64,000 nt of DNA from Lama glama (lineage: Eukaryota): the NCBI GenBank assembly GCA_028534125.1, contig CM052819.1, forward strand, positions 91,884,001-91,948,000, written 5' to 3'. Below the pieces are notes generated by a model. The model had not been told where the DNA came from, did not search any database, and saw only the letters and a list, made by a program, of their open reading frames with translations. Below are positions 39,260-53,779 of this stretch, in pieces (within the stretch, counting starts at the first letter, position 1; each line of letters begins with the position of its first letter). Made by a program: the position numbers and the translations under genes.

Positions 39260-40677
39260 GAAACGTGGTCTCTGGGAAACCGTATTTCAAACAGATAGTC
39301 TTCACCACTTCTCTATCCACATGCATTTGGGAGAAGTTTTAATATTTTTATTCTCATAATGAGATCCACATATCTGATTAATTTTACTTGGGATATAGGT
39401 TATTAGAGTCCCCAGTCCCATCAGACTAAGGAAAGAATTTCTATTTCATTACGTCTCACCCTCCTCCTTGAGGAGGTGACAGACTTCTAGGAATGTCTAC
39501 CAACTGAGCTCTGTGGTCTTCTAAGAGTAAATCTTCCCCACTCAGTAATTCCGATGTGAAAAATGGAATTTAAGTGAAGGAAATGTGGGCATAACAGTAA
39601 AAATGAGGACAATTTTAATTTAGCGTGCATGTGAAATTTTTAAAAAAAATCAGCCATCGTCCTTCCATGGATAAAACTGTGTCTGGAATAACAGTATCTT
39701 CTTTCTGATTGTTCCTTTCTTGTGGGAATTTCACTCAATCAGCTTTTTTTTTTCTTTTACATTTTAAGAATTAGTTTCAAACTTTAATTGAAGTTTTTAG
39801 CTGTTATATTGTGCATATGTTATTATAACAATAAATAAAGCTCATTTCTAGGGGATAAAGAATAGTATAATAGCTCTGAGGACATCTTGAACAACAGGAG
39901 ACTCTTGGAAAACTAATTTGTTGATGAAAGGAATATAAACAGAGGGACCTCAAAGCCAATAAATTGGGTAAGAGTTTTACAACTAAGCCTCTGAACTCTC
40001 AGAAGAGGTATGAAATTAAATTTTTTAAATCTGTGATGTATTTAATAGACAATTTTTTTCTGTTTTGATTTTTAATATTTTAACAATGCTAGCTTCATAG
40101 ACAGAGACATCTTCTCAGGATATAGACAGATGTGTTACAGCCAAGGGTGCTAAGGCACATTGCAACTTTAGAGGAGGGTGGAGAGCTCAGCAAACTGCTT
40201 GTTCTGTAACCCAAATTCAAAGAGCCTTACAACAAGCATGGGTTCTTTTATCACCTTAGTAAGTTCTTGGCAGTTTTCCCAGATATATGCTTTATGTAGA
40301 TGATTCTCTTCACCTTGCTCATAGTTTTTTATTATATAAATTATTTTAAGGTATTAATTTTCCATTAAGCACATGAATACGGTTCACTAAATATATTGAA
40401 GTCTCAATATATTATCTACTTCTGAGGAAAATAAAACATGCTGCTGACTTTGCAGGGTTTAGGTATTAATGCGTTATGGACCCCTATGTAGATCCACCTC
40501 CTAAAGTGGTTCCAACACCTATAGCCTTGCATTCAACCTCCATGATGATTTGGCCGAATCACGTCTGTAGTCTTACTCAATACTGATGCTGTTCACATGG
40601 TCAATGATTTAAGCCAATTGGATTCTTTCTGTTCCCTTACATGCCTTCTGCATTTTCCATCCTTCTTGACTTTGTAT

Positions 40678-42202
40678 CTTCCATTCTCAATAATTTTGCT
40701 CTCAGGGGTACATATTTCCTCTTAAAAATCATTGAGGTACCCCATAATATTTTATGTAAGATGAATCTACTAGCACCATGTTTAAAATTAAAACAAAAAG
40801 TTTTTTAGTATTTCTTTTAAGTGTACCAGTGATAAATCTGTTAAAAATTTTACATAACATACATTTATGAAAATCATATTTTCAAAAACAATGATCAGAG
40901 AAGCATTATTTTACATTTTTGCAAGTCTCTTTAATGTCTAGTTTAACAGAAGACAGCTGCATGTTTATAGCTCCTTCTGCATTCAGTCTGTTGTAATACG
41001 TTGTTTTGGTGGAAGCATGTGATAAAAAGGAGGCATCACACAGAGAAGTATTGGAAAAAGGAGAAGCATTTACATTTTTTTCAGATGATTGTGAATATTA
41101 GTCTTTGATGCTACACCAAAACTTCACAATTTACAATGAAAAACCTGGAACAATATTGGTATTTAGCTTCGTTATACTGAATCTATTGGTTTCTCTCGTA
41201 CTTTGCATCATTTGCCCACACATTATTTTGTGCCATTGTTCATTTGGAAAATATGAGTTTGATAAGCTATGAATAGCCTGAAAATTTTGGTATATTTCTT
41301 CTTAAATATCCAAAAGACTCATGTTTATTAATAGTATCACCAGTGTTACCAAAATTATCTTTAAGTGTTTGGAAGCTGTCAAACTCATGGTGGCAAGTAC
41401 AAGTTTCCTAAAATTTGAGTTTTTGTTTTGAAGTATGAATTGTATTATTTGCAACAAATAGTGTTCAGGTTTCTTTGAAGTGACACTGAGTATTCAGTCT
41501 TGGAGAGCCTTACAAGTTGGTTTTTGACCTCTCTTCTTCTCTCTTCTCACTCTTGAAGTAGTAACACCGACTCCACTGTTTTAAGTGCATCTATAAGCTG
41601 AACACTTTTAAATGCGTATTTTCAGACAACCTCATTCATTTTGAGAAAATATATTACAATTACTCAGACCATAGTTTGTGTATCTGTCATTCTTCCAAAT
41701 AAAAATGATTTATTCTAAACAAAGTGTCTAGTTCAGCTCACAACTCAACCAACCATTATAAGTGCTTTCACACTAAAAAAAAGGAAAATCCAGCCACTTT
41801 ATTCTTTTTGGTAGAACTGCTTTCTATGTGCTTTTCATTGTGTCAAACAAAATAGTAAAATGATATTACTCAGGGCTATAGACTTAATGATTTTTAATTT
41901 TTTAACCTTTTTACTTTGTTAATTTTTAAAGTTCAACTTTGTTGTGTTCCATCTTGGCACTGAAGAGTGCGTTTTGTACCAGCGATGAGTGCATTTGGGT
42001 GCCCCCCCAACCCTGGCTTTTTGCTGGGCCACTGGCTGTTTTACCCACCACTGCTTTAGCGCCATCACATCAAATGTCAACATGGTGAAGAGAGCGTATA
42101 AGAGCTTAGCATTATTATGAAAATAATTCTTGCCTTGCAAATTCCCTGGAAGAATCTTGGGGAAGGAACCAGGGTCCATGGAACACACTAATGAGAAAAT
42201 GG
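40678..42202 (-). mobile_element. hAT-Charlie1(a)-like DNA transposon inserted in an L2
   Basis: ttacatttttgcaagtctctttaatgtc..tttaacagaagacagctg; agctgtcaaactcatggtggca; gcattattatgaaaata...ggaacacact..tgagaa; L2-like flanks at ~40500-40677 and 42203-42330. Confidence 0.85.
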
Positions 42203-42711
42203 CTTACACTATTTTCTCTGCCTGGAATCCCCTTGCATCTCATCTTTTCCAATTCAAATTCTTCTCATCCTTAAATTTTAAGGTCAGTTCAAATACTACT
42301 TCCAGCATGAAATCTTTCCAGATCCTTCAAGTTAATAGTGATGTCATTGTTTTTTTCTTTGTATCCAAATGCATAAACATTTATACTGATCTTGGGAACA
42401 AGAAGATGAAGTGAAAAGATATATTCTCTACCCTGATAATGTCACATTCTATTATAGGATATTTGAGCATTTGAGCATTTGAGTTGCTACCAATTTCCTG
42501 ATTTGCCATAGACAGAGAGTACTGGGGACAATTTTTGATTTCTGGTGAGGTGGAACATGGCATCTGAACATTGCAATTGTAAAATGATATTTGTATAAAA
42601 TATAAAAGTGTGTTTAATTGTTCCATTGTTCTAAGAAGCCAAAAAAGAATACTTTTTGTTTGCTTGCTTGGATGGTGGGTTAGTTCTAAGGGCTTGGATT
42701 TCCTAGAAATC

Positions 42712-42738
42712 TGTGTGTGTGTGTGAGAGAGAGAGAGG
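42712..42738. repeat. (TG)n(AG)n microsatellite
   Basis: Directly visible. Confidence 0.9.
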
Positions 42739-45700
42739 GAATTTATTTTAATGCTTCATTGAGGTACAATGACATTCAATAAACTGATGGTGATATAATA
42801 TCTTGAAAAAGAGACTCCCTCTTAAGAAATATATCCCAATGTTCTTTTTCTTCTCTTCTTTCTATATATCTTATATCTTAATTCTTGCATAATATATCAG
42901 AGTAACTACTTTTATGGTCTTTGGATAGTAAAAGATGTCATAGCACATTATCTTATCCACAGAATTAAATACTCAATATTACTCTTTTCTAAACTGCTTT
43001 CTCTTACACAGGCTTAACTTAGACTTTTGGCTTCGTCCATCTTATAAAGAGTGTAATCTCCGAACACTGCATTTATGACCTTCTTTGACATGAATTTGAA
43101 CATAGTGGTAACTTTAACTTGGGTTAATTTATTACTCAGCAGGAAAATGTGTAATATAATACCTTTGTGTAAAATGGCACTTTACTGTTTAAACATATTA
43201 TGCAAATGTTACACAGAAAAGCTGCATAGTTAAGAATCCAAAGAAATATCTCAGTTTTATAGTCTGACATCTTCTTATATATTTTACCAAAGGATCATTC
43301 CTTACCCATAACTTTGAATATTCACAAATAGATAAGTGGATTGCATGTGGCATTCAGTATCTACGTTTTGATGAAGATAAAGTGTATCTTAATATTAATT
43401 TAATTTTGTACATCTGGACCATGTATTTTGGGGTTTCTGTTTGTTTAATTCTTTCTTATGAAACTAAATGTGGAAAGACTTTTCGGCAGTGTCTTGTTCT
43501 GATGATTTAAGACGTATTTTTTTAGATGAAGGTGCATTGCAGTAATAGGGCAAAGTAAATCATACAGAGACTTAACCAGCAAACTGTTTCAACTTTTGGC
43601 TGTGTTACTTATTTCAATTTTGTCCTTCGCAGTTCTGCTTATGTTACTGAGATGTTGTCACAAATGTTTGCCATGGAGAATACCTTTGACATACTATTTA
43701 GAGAGCTCATCTATAAATCAAGGTAGAAACCTTGGCTCTCTCTGCTCTACAGGTCTATATAGATGATCTCTCCTTGATCTCAACTCCCTAGACTTCCGCC
43801 GAGGCTTACGTGTCTATTCACAAAGGCTGAGTTCCTGTTCTCACACTGAAAGATACCACATTCGTGTCTAACTGGTTACTTACAATGTGATTAAAATATA
43901 TGCCTTAAGACTGTCCGTTTACTATGAAGATATTAGATAGAAAAGAATGAAATTATTCCAAAGAAAATGAAAAGAAATACATCAATATATGCTTAACTAG
44001 TTGCCATGGTTAGCCATTATACTTAGTTAATTGCGTTCCAGAAGCCTGAATAAAAATGGAAACATGATAGATCATGTAACTCTCATTATCTGATAAAAGG
44101 AGCTTATACTAATTATTTAAGGGAGCTCATTTTTCCTGGTACTAAAAGAGAAAGGCAATGTATCAAACTAATGGACACTTTACTATTCAACTGAGTGGTT
44201 GAGACACGCTATGATGGTGTTTTTGAGGGGATCTATCATGTGGAAATTAAACTATGGAATTGAGGTCACATCACAGTGGGTTAGTTACTAAAAACTTAGC
44301 CCATTTGGAGACACAAGAACAGGCCTTATGGTTCAAGAAAACTCATTTTGAAACTCATTTAATTAAAAAAAATAAGTGCTTCATATTGGGGGAAAAAATG
44401 GAACTGTAAGGCATGAATTAGCCTCCTTCAAGAGTATAATCTAAATTCCCAACAGTAGGACTTTTCCATTCTTTTTTTGGACAAATCGCAACATTCAGTT
44501 TACTAGATCTTCCATCATTTTGTTCACAGTTTAATTCAGGAAACATTCATAAACATCGACTTGGTTCACAAGACGCTTTGCTGGGACCTGAAGACACAGA
44601 GTTTGTGCACTGTTCATTTTAATCAAAGTTAGGAAGCTGGTCTTGGGTTGCCCTGTGTGGTGACACTACCATGCTGTGAATGTGTCATTTTCTGCCAAAC
44701 ACAGTGTCTGTTGAAAGACTCGCTGTGCAGTGTAACCGCCAAATGGGAGATTTAAAAATAAATTTCACGAATGGACAAAGTAGTGAGTGCTTTCGATACA
44801 TGTAGACACAGTCTAAGAGAAGAAGCTGTAATGTATATTTCTTCCTTTTTCATTTTATTTCCATGTCAGAAGTATATTCATAAAAATGCCAAATTGACAT
44901 TCCAAATGTGACATTTACTACAGACTTCACGTAACTTTTCTCTTTCCTGGGTGATTCAAGTATGTAGGAAATCTATCAGAATGAACATTTCTAAACCCGG
45001 AACACTGTATCATCAGCATTTCCCCAGTGCTCAGGTGCACAGCTGGATACATCCCTCATCCCTCTGCCTCAAGAATCGCTTCATCTAAACTAGTTGTTTT
45101 GGTGTCTCGGCATCAGTCATCCTTAATCCACTGAGGATAACACTGGGAAGAATGAAATAAATCAGAGACTCTAATCCCTCTTTCTTTCAAATCTCTATTT
45201 TGAGAGAAGGAAGATCATATAATTCCACATGTACTACTTGGAGCATCACTGAGTAGATGTGGCTGGAAAATACATGTTTTCTGATCTGTAAACTGTACCA
45301 ACTGAACCCGTGTTCCCATGAATTTCCTGCCACAGCACAGAGTGTTCTCTTCATCATGCAGCCAGTTTATTCTGATTCTCTTTCAACACAGGTTCCAAAA
45401 ATATGGATTTGTCATTTGGCGCTAAACAACACGAAGTTTCACTACCGTTCTGGACAGTTGGATCTCGGTAACATTGCTGCATTGGATTGAATCTGAATTG
45501 GATGCCAATAAATTAACTTTAAATGACTTCAAACTGTCTGATTGGCTTCTGCTCACTTAGAGGTATGCCTTTATGCTATAACTGAGTGTTTCCCTTAAGA
45601 CTTAAATTGGCAGCCAGAGTACATGCGTTTGATAGAGATAAGGCACTTGGTTTCTAATGCTGGGTTTTGACAACATTACACCATGATACCTAGGTTAGCC

Positions 45701-46399
45701 AGAGATACTTATATTTTCTTAATTGTTTGTAAACAATATTTAGCAAATAATGGTAGACAAAGACAGAATCCTCCCCTGGCTGTCAAAAATAAATTGTTAT
45801 ATATATCTATAACCTGATTGATCTCCAATAAGAAAAATCTACCTAACTAGTTATCATTTCAGTCTAATTATGTTGATTTCAGCTCTGCATATCCAGATGT
45901 CTAATGTGTCAGTTCATTTAATTGGCCAAATGTCTTTGGAAGTAAAATTTTCTATCATCACAACCAAATCAGGGAAAAAAGAGTCTTTAGTCATTCAGAT
46001 TCACACACACATTGTAAAATATTTGTCAGCCATCGCTGTATGTCAAGCACTGTGCTTCTTATCTCCCCTGTATTCAAAAATGAATTAAATGAGTTTCCTA
46101 TCACCCAGTATTTTACAGTTTAGTGGGGGAAATGGATCTGGAAGCCAATACATCAAAGAATAGGCTCTACAGTAGAGGTATGTGCCAGGACAATGTTGAA
46201 GCACACAAGGAAGTACCCCTTCTTTAGAATGCATAGAGGTCTTCCTGGAGGAGATGACATGGATTTCAAAATACATTATTTATTTATCCCTTTATTTATA
46301 ATGCAAGTTATTGTCCAGTGCAGTTCAGTATTTAATTGCACTTCTTCCCAATGTCCTATTTCTGAGGTTGAGGCTTGAGATTTATTTTTCTCCAGATGA

Positions 46400-47320
46400 G
46401 AGGAGAAGGATGGTCTGACTCAAAATATGTCATAGGTCAGCTTGGAGCCTCAAAGAAGACAGTCCTGACTTTTTCAGCAAGTTGGTGATATTGAAAGTCA
46501 AGTTTTATGGAGGGAGGAAAGGAGGGAGATTTACTTGAGTAATGTCAACAGCAAGCTCAAGAAACTAGGGAATAATACTACTACATACCCGGGATAGAGA
46601 AAGAAAGAAGAATGATTTGGGGTAGAAATAAGAAGAAACATCATCATGGGGTCTCCTCTCACAGCAGTACTCGGTGTTAAGTTTCAAGAGATAAGTCATT
46701 TGAAATGTCCAGGTAAGTGTGTGTGGAGGAAGCTGAGTCAAAGAAAAGTAGGGAGGGCACAACTGGAGTCATGCTTCATGGGTATTCAAAGGAAAAAGCC
46801 AGCAGACTTTGATGTGTGTACAAGGCACAGTAGAATGATAGAGCAGCAGCTATTGGAGGCAGAAAGGAAGAGTGACCTGGGGTCCCTGGGGATTTCAGAA
46901 AACTTAGACATACCTGAGCATTCCAGTGAAGGTACTCTGAGGTCTCTGAGAAGACTGGTACAATGTCAGAAGCCTAGGAACATGACAAAGGGGACATCAT
47001 TACCAAGGCCTTTAAACTAGATGCAAACAGCTGAGACCGTGGACTTCCGCTGTGGGAGCAAACATATCAATTCTCAAGATCATTTAGGACAAACCCTATA
47101 CATGTCTGCCAGCACAGGAGATGGGTCAGATCAATCACTCTTCTGAGAAGGATGGGAACCCAAGGTCACCATTATCGTCTGGAAGACCAGCTTTTCTCAA
47201 GGATTTATGAGGACTGAAACTCTTTATACACTTGGCCACCATTGAGGAAGGAGATGGTAAATGTGATGCGTATGAAATAAAGACATGGAGTCATTTGAAA
47301 AGCCGTATTCAAACCACTCC
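46400..47320 (+). mobile_element. Probable ancient LTR, family unresolved
   Basis: Purine-rich block ending in ggactgaaactct...aataaaga; weak recognition. Confidence 0.3.
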
Positions 47321-47489
47321 TGATCGGGCACTGGATACTAAACAGATTGAGGACTTAACTTCAAAAATGATTGAGAAACTCTTCAAATCCACACTTGCAT
47401 CTGGCCGCCAACTAGTGGAACAGTAGCTCTTGAAGGACATCAGATCAGTCATAAAGAGTAAAGACGTCACACTTTCCTTATTGATGAAT

Positions 47490-47780
47490 GAATCTGTGAT
47501 ACCATTTAAAATTTATTGAATACATACAGGCACAGTTGTGACAACTGGAAATGCAACTGATGGATAAGATAAATAAATCCCTGTTTCTCAGAGACCTCAT
47601 CATATCAATGCAGGCAGGAAATGTAGACATTTATAAACATGGTATTCAAATGAAGATCTCTTATATTAGAAGGAGAGTGTCTTATGGGAGTGCGTAGGTG
47701 GGGCACTTAACCAAATCTTTTGAGTATGGATTTAGGGTAGGAAAGACTCCCAGAAAAATTTATTTCTGAGAGGAGACATG
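47490..47780 (-). mobile_element. L2 3' end
   Basis: atttattgaatac...aggcacagt...aatccctgtttctca. Confidence 0.55.
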
Positions 47781-48059
47781 GAGGATGGGTCAAAACCATC
47801 AGTCAGGCTAGCCTCAGAATTTTGAGAATGTACATAGATTACTGTCTCACGTGTGGTCCCGTCAAAGGCACTGACTCTATCTAGAAATGCTCTCAGGCAT
47901 CTGAGGATCCTGAGCCATCTTTCCAGGCCATGCAACTTCCCTCCTTTCTCTGACCGGTGCCTGGATGAAAGCAGGTCTGACACACTGGATTGAACTGTCT
48001 AATTTATTATTCTGTCACAGAGCAAGATGCCAGCTAGCTGGAGGTCTTGCGTGCAAGGA

Positions 48060-48500
48060 CACAAGGGTCTCTCCTTGGACCTGTCCAGTTCAATGTGTTC
48101 ATCAGTAATCACAAGGAAGATATAAAGGGCATGTGACTCAATTGATGACAAGCACAAGGTAAAGGGGATAGTGAATATAGTAAAAGACAGAGTTAAGATC
48201 CAAACAGTTTTAATAGCCTTGAGCCATCTTATAGCCATAAATAGTTCCTGAACTTTGGTCCCATAACATACAATTATGCAAGTATAAGTATCACAAGATA
48301 AGTATTAGCAATATCAGACATGAGAAAAGAATAAGAACTAAAATAGAACTTAAAGATTTAATCAAGAGAAATGAAAGCCAACAGAGTGGCACTTTTCTAA
48401 TTTAACAGAATCCCTTAGCCATTTTTAATAAAAAATATAATATTCTGCAAGAAAAGAACTTAAGCCCTTTATGCACTTTTTTTTTGGGTCATATTTGGAA
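48060..48500 (+). mobile_element. CR1/L3 LINE RT fragment
   Basis: gttcaatgtgttcatcagtaa...gaagatataaagggcatg...gatgaca..cacaagg...gggatagtgaata...gacagagttaagatccaaa resembles the CR1 FADD region. Confidence 0.65.
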
Positions 48501-49925
48501 TATTCAGTGGGTGTGAGCTCTAGGATTCATTTATAAAATTGGAATATATCTTTCATCAATTCGTTATTGGTGGGTGCTTAATAAGCCTTTGTATGCTGAT
48601 TCAGAATATGCAGTCTTTAGGAGAACAAGTTAGTAATCTTTATTGATGTATAATAGAGAAACTCAACTAGATTGCGCTGATGGAAGAACAGTTGGGCACA
48701 AGACGAAGGTCTGTGAAATATTAGAGTTCAATGAAAGATGCCTACAGTTTGGAAATAAAGTAGAACTTGAGATTAAGTAATGGAAGAGCAATAGGAAGGA
48801 ATTTAAGAGTTTACACACTGGACTAGCATATTTACTGTTTAAAAATTAACCTGATTATAAATGTAATATTTTCATTTCTTTCATGTACAAAGTTCTTTCT
48901 ATCAGAACTGTTTCTTTAATATTAGAAAATTTATTCAGTAGAGCATTGAACAGACTTTTTAAAAAAAATTTGACCACAGTTCCAAATTAACTAGTGTGAT
49001 TTGACTTTAATACTGTGAAGTCAAATAACAGAGACAATCTATCAATGAAGATACTTGTGAATTATGCATATTTTAAAAATGCAAAAAATTTCAAAGGCTC
49101 AGTTTATTTTCTTCAAGCGTTGGTAAGTTGACAAAACTCACTCGGTGACCTGTAGATCCTAGATGACGTTCCGCCAATACCACTTGGCATGGCAGAACTT
49201 CAAATTTTAAAAGATGCTACATGGGTCTCCTTTTAATGTTGAAAATGTGATTACACTTTTCTGATATAATGTTCCTAACATTATTTTAATGACATTTATC
49301 AAACAAAATTACAAAGTCAGTAACTTTGGGAGCTACTTTGGATACAAAAATAATGAACTGGTTTCTACCCTTGAAGATCACATCTTGGTGTTCGGATACC
49401 CTCATGACCTCAAATGATTACAACATAGCATGATAAATGTCCATTGAGAGCTATACAGGAGGTATTGGCATACTGTCAAAGAGGACAGATTATTCTTTCA
49501 GCTTGAAAGATTTGAGGAAATTTCACAGAATGGGTGAGAGCTTCACATAAAAATATAAGAAGTGAGAGCCTCTGGAGAGACTCAGAAAATATCTATCTAG
49601 AGTAGGGTTTCAGTCCAGGATCTATAGCACACATTTAAAATTCTCATCAAAGGGACATTATATATTCTGTCCAATTCAACAAATACATATTTAATGCTGA
49701 TCAGCTCTGAGGCACTGTTGTAGAAAGGTGAATAAACAAGTTAAAGTCAGTTATACTACCTTTTAGTGCTACTTATGATCAACTAGACTTGCTCTAGTTG
49801 TTTGACATGCATTATGCATTTACTCTCCACAAGAACAAACTTAATAATAGATGATTTTCTTTAGCCCATGGAACATATAGAGTCTACTGATGGGAGGAGA
49901 TTATGTGTGAATATAATTTCAATAA

Positions 49926-50228
49926 TGTCTTAGTTCAATAATGTCTAGTTACACTGGGTGATTTAGGCAACAAGCTTTTTTTTCTCACAGGCCTGGAGAT
50001 CCAAGATCAAGACACTGGCAGACTCAGCATCTGCTGGGGACCCTGCTTCATGGACACTCTTCTTGCTGTGTCCTCACATGGCAGAGGAAGTGCAAGAGAG
50101 CTCTCCTAGGTCTCCTTTATAAGGGCACTAATCTATTTCAGGGGGGTTCCACCCTTATGACCTAATTCCCTCCCAGAGGCTCCACCTCCTACTACCATCA
50201 ACATATAAATTTTGAAGATACATGAACA
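49926..50228 (-). mobile_element. MaLR LTR (MLT1A-like)
   Basis: tgtcttagtt...ccaagatcaag...gctgtgtcctcacatggcag...tataagggcactaatc...atgacctaat...ccacctcct. Confidence 0.85.
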
Positions 50229-51779
50229 ATCACTAACAAATACCATGTAGTTAGTGCAGTGATGGGTAACAGTATACAAATGCCAAGGAGATGATTTTTG
50301 CCCAATCTCATCAGGAAAATGAGCATAGAGAGCTGTAAGAAATTGTTGACATTAGTCTTCAAAAAGGAAATGACACACAAGCTCTCCTCCATAATGGATA
50401 ATATACTGGATAGAAGTCAAGGGGAGTACAGAAATTGACAAGGAGAGAGAATTCTGGGAAAAGCATGAGATGATCCCAGACAGAGAAGCAAAGAAACACA
50501 CTTACAGCCACATGGCTAACACATGGTGGAACAAGGTTGTCTGAGACAAGAAGTAACTATTTTCAATTCTATAACTGGGTCATAACTAATAACACAAACG
50601 AGTTGATGTCTATGTGATCAAAATATTTCTGTTTAATCAAGGAGAAATACTAACTAGTGTGCCAACCTCTGCCTCCTCTTTGTGCATAGTCTATTGCAAA
50701 CCATCTTCTGCCTTGAGCCCAGGAGTGTACATCCTTCTCAAACTTATATGGGGACAGTCATGTAGAACTTTGCAATGGGGAGATTCTGTAGACAGATTGA
50801 GTTAATTGCTTCTTGGGTAATAGGACCTAAATCGTTCTTCTTATCATTTAATCAGGGAATCCAACAACAGAATAGGTAAAATGCCTCGATAGATAATAAT
50901 GGCATGGCTATTCTTGATTAGCTGTCATTTATCTTATTGGATTGTTCCATAAGAGAGAAAGAGCAGAGAGATTTCATGGTCCCGTTCTGTGCATGAGAAA
51001 ATGAAGTCACAAAAAGCAGACTTGAGAATAATTATTATGCTTGAGAATGCTGGCACGTGGTCTCTTAATCCACAACTCTAAACAACAGACCCAGACTTCT
51101 TCTTCATCTCCCCTATATTGATTTTGGGTTGAGTATGCAAGACCACTTTATAAGATATTTATAGTCTATCCAATTTTATCATTTCTATTACAAAAATAGC
51201 TATTTGAAATGGGACCCTGGTTATTTTGGCTACTTACAATGGGTTGTTTTTGTCATGAATTAAATGAGAGATTCTTTGGTAATGTATTTCTCCAAAAATA
51301 ACAAATCAATGAGTTAAGATATAAATAAAAGTCAGTGTGAAAGAAGACATCACTGCAGCCATTAAGAATAATGGGTTTATACAACCAAAGAATAGAGGTT
51401 ACTTTTTTTGACTCTTTGAGGCAACACAGTTTATAGGGAGAAACATTTTTCTTGGTTTCTCTTATTTAATAAACCACCCCTCAATTGTAATTATTAACTT
51501 TTTACTACTGAGAAATCACAAAGAAGGAAAAACTTTACCTGGGAGCTGAAATTCAGTGTATAGAAAAGTGTCTTAGAAGATTTTAAACTCAAATTGCCCT
51601 GAAGGAGAGGGAATCTAGCACAGTGATCTCTGATGCATTTCTTTCAGACCTTCTCATGCTTTTCTTAAAAAAAAAGTCACATGACTAGGGAAAGACAAGG
51701 TGAAGAATGCCTTTAAACTCTGCAGGGCATTCTTCACTCTCCATCTCCCTTTATTGAATCTGCAGAGAATTTCATCAAC

Positions 51780-52130
51780 TGTGCATTCATATTTTCAACA
51801 GACATTCTTAAGCTTCTACAGTGTACGAACACTTTCCTAGATATTGGAGATACAAAGACGAATACAGTGGTCCTTATCTTTAGATATTTCACATATTTCT
51901 ATTCAGGGAAATAAACTGTTATGATATAAACTCCATAGCACAAGTGTATACAATCCATAACACAAGCAAGTATTGAAGATAGGAGATCAGAGAAGGACAA
52001 TTAACTCCATCAGAAGAATGATCAAGGACTACTTGCTAGAGAATTTGACGTGACCCGAATCTGGAAGTGTGGGTGTTCTCCAGGAGGAACTGGTGAAGGA
52101 AGTTCCTGCTAATAGCACAGAAAGTCCAAA
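51780..52130 (-). mobile_element. L2 3' end
   Basis: cattcat...caacagacatt...ctagatattggagatacaaagacgaatacagtggtcc. Confidence 0.65.
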
Positions 52131-53481
52131 AATCACAGATGCAGATGAGATGGCTAACCACTATTTCTCAGGGTAGGTCCTGTGGACTCACAAAATTCAT
52201 CTCAGTCAAATCAAGACTGAGTGTAGAGACCAGAATGTGGCTGATGCTACAAGGGGAGGGCAAGTATCAGAGGTGCAAAGAAAGGAAGGATGCACCTACT
52301 GGAATTCCTTTTATACTAGAAAAATTTCAGACGGAAACTGAAGCTGTCACTATTACAATCACTGTTGTTGTTGTTTTTTAATTTTTGTAGTTGATTTTTA
52401 CATAATTTAAATACTCCAGAACAGACATTCGAAGTGGCAGGAATTACTGAGCAAAAAGTGATCTATATATTTTTAAAAAAAAAAAAAAGGTTAAAATTTC
52501 TCTAATGCAAAAGAAGAGGAAATAATGGTAGAATTTATCCTCATATAAAGGAACAATACTGCTCATACCAATACGTCATTTTTCGATTACCAGGGTTGTT
52601 TCTGCCTTTTCCTTTTTATTTATGTAAAAAGAAAGACAGAGACTACAGTAGTGGGGTAGGAAAACCTTGTTAAACTTTTTCAGCAATCCCTGTTATAATG
52701 TTCAAAGCAATTACTTTTGCTGTCAGCAGGAATAAAATTTACTACCGTTGGAGAGTGCAAAGAGTCAAATGTACTGCTGAGAATTACAACAGAAGCTGCA
52801 TGCAAATAACCCCACGAGTTCTAAGGGCTTGTCTCCCCCTATTTGTACAGCTGAGGCTTCAGTCATAAGTTGCTTAGGCTTTTTTTTTTTTTTAATTCAC
52901 TAGAAGCTGGAGTAGAATTTTCCCATCAATTTCAGTGAAAAACAAAGTCTGCTAACGTCTACCATCTTGAGGGGAAAAATTATTGGTGTGCTTTTATGAA
53001 AAGAAAGATTTCTTTCTAAACAAACCATGTAGTAAAGACATTGTGCTATCAAAAGTAATAGAAATTACACAAACAATAATCTTTTGTTTAGACAAATAAT
53101 TGGACTTGACCTTCATAGGCCAGCTGGAGTACACTCTACGACTGAAAGTCATGCCAGTCTTTCCATGAAAACTGTTAACATTACACAGAGCTCATTTCTG
53201 GAGGAGGATGTTGTATGATCCTGAAATAATGGACTTGGCTCCCTGACATGACTCTCTCTGCAGCTGTAACCCCTTAGCCCCCAGCCCCAAAGTCTTATCC
53301 ACATCAAAGCTCAGCCATCCTTTTAAAGTCAATAGTGGTGATAATGATGCATTCATACAGCTTAAGGAGTCAAATAACCCTTTAATAGTTATTAAACAAT
53401 AGTGATCTTTCAGAAGGAAAGATTCTTTCTTCCCCAAATATAATTCTTCTACTAATTTCTCATCAAGTTTTTGTCAGTCTC

Positions 53482-53487
53482 ACATAC

Positions 53488-53554
<67 letters not shown>
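53482..53554. repeat. (TG)n(TA)n microsatellite
   Basis: Directly visible. Confidence 0.95.
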
Positions 53555-53558
<4 letters not shown>

Positions 53559-53779
53559 GCATTTGGTCCAGAAAAAAGAATCAATATATATATTCCATAT
53601 GAATAATTTGATACAAGGAATCAGAGGCTTACATAATTATTAGCCTGGAGATCAACAGTTTGGAAAGTGGACCCAAAATACTTTGTTCCACGACAGGGAA
53701 GTAAGTCGTTTTCAAGGGCTCTTTGTAAGGCCGCGGGGAATCTCAAGTACTTCTGGAAAGTTGTCATCAGATAGAAACA

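Noticed and set aside
38880-39359. ORFs of 79-148 aa
   Set aside because: Artefacts of reading through the N gap
45017-45154. Imperfect terminal inverted repeats suggesting a MITE
   Set aside because: Short gapped match and no TSD; compatible with chance
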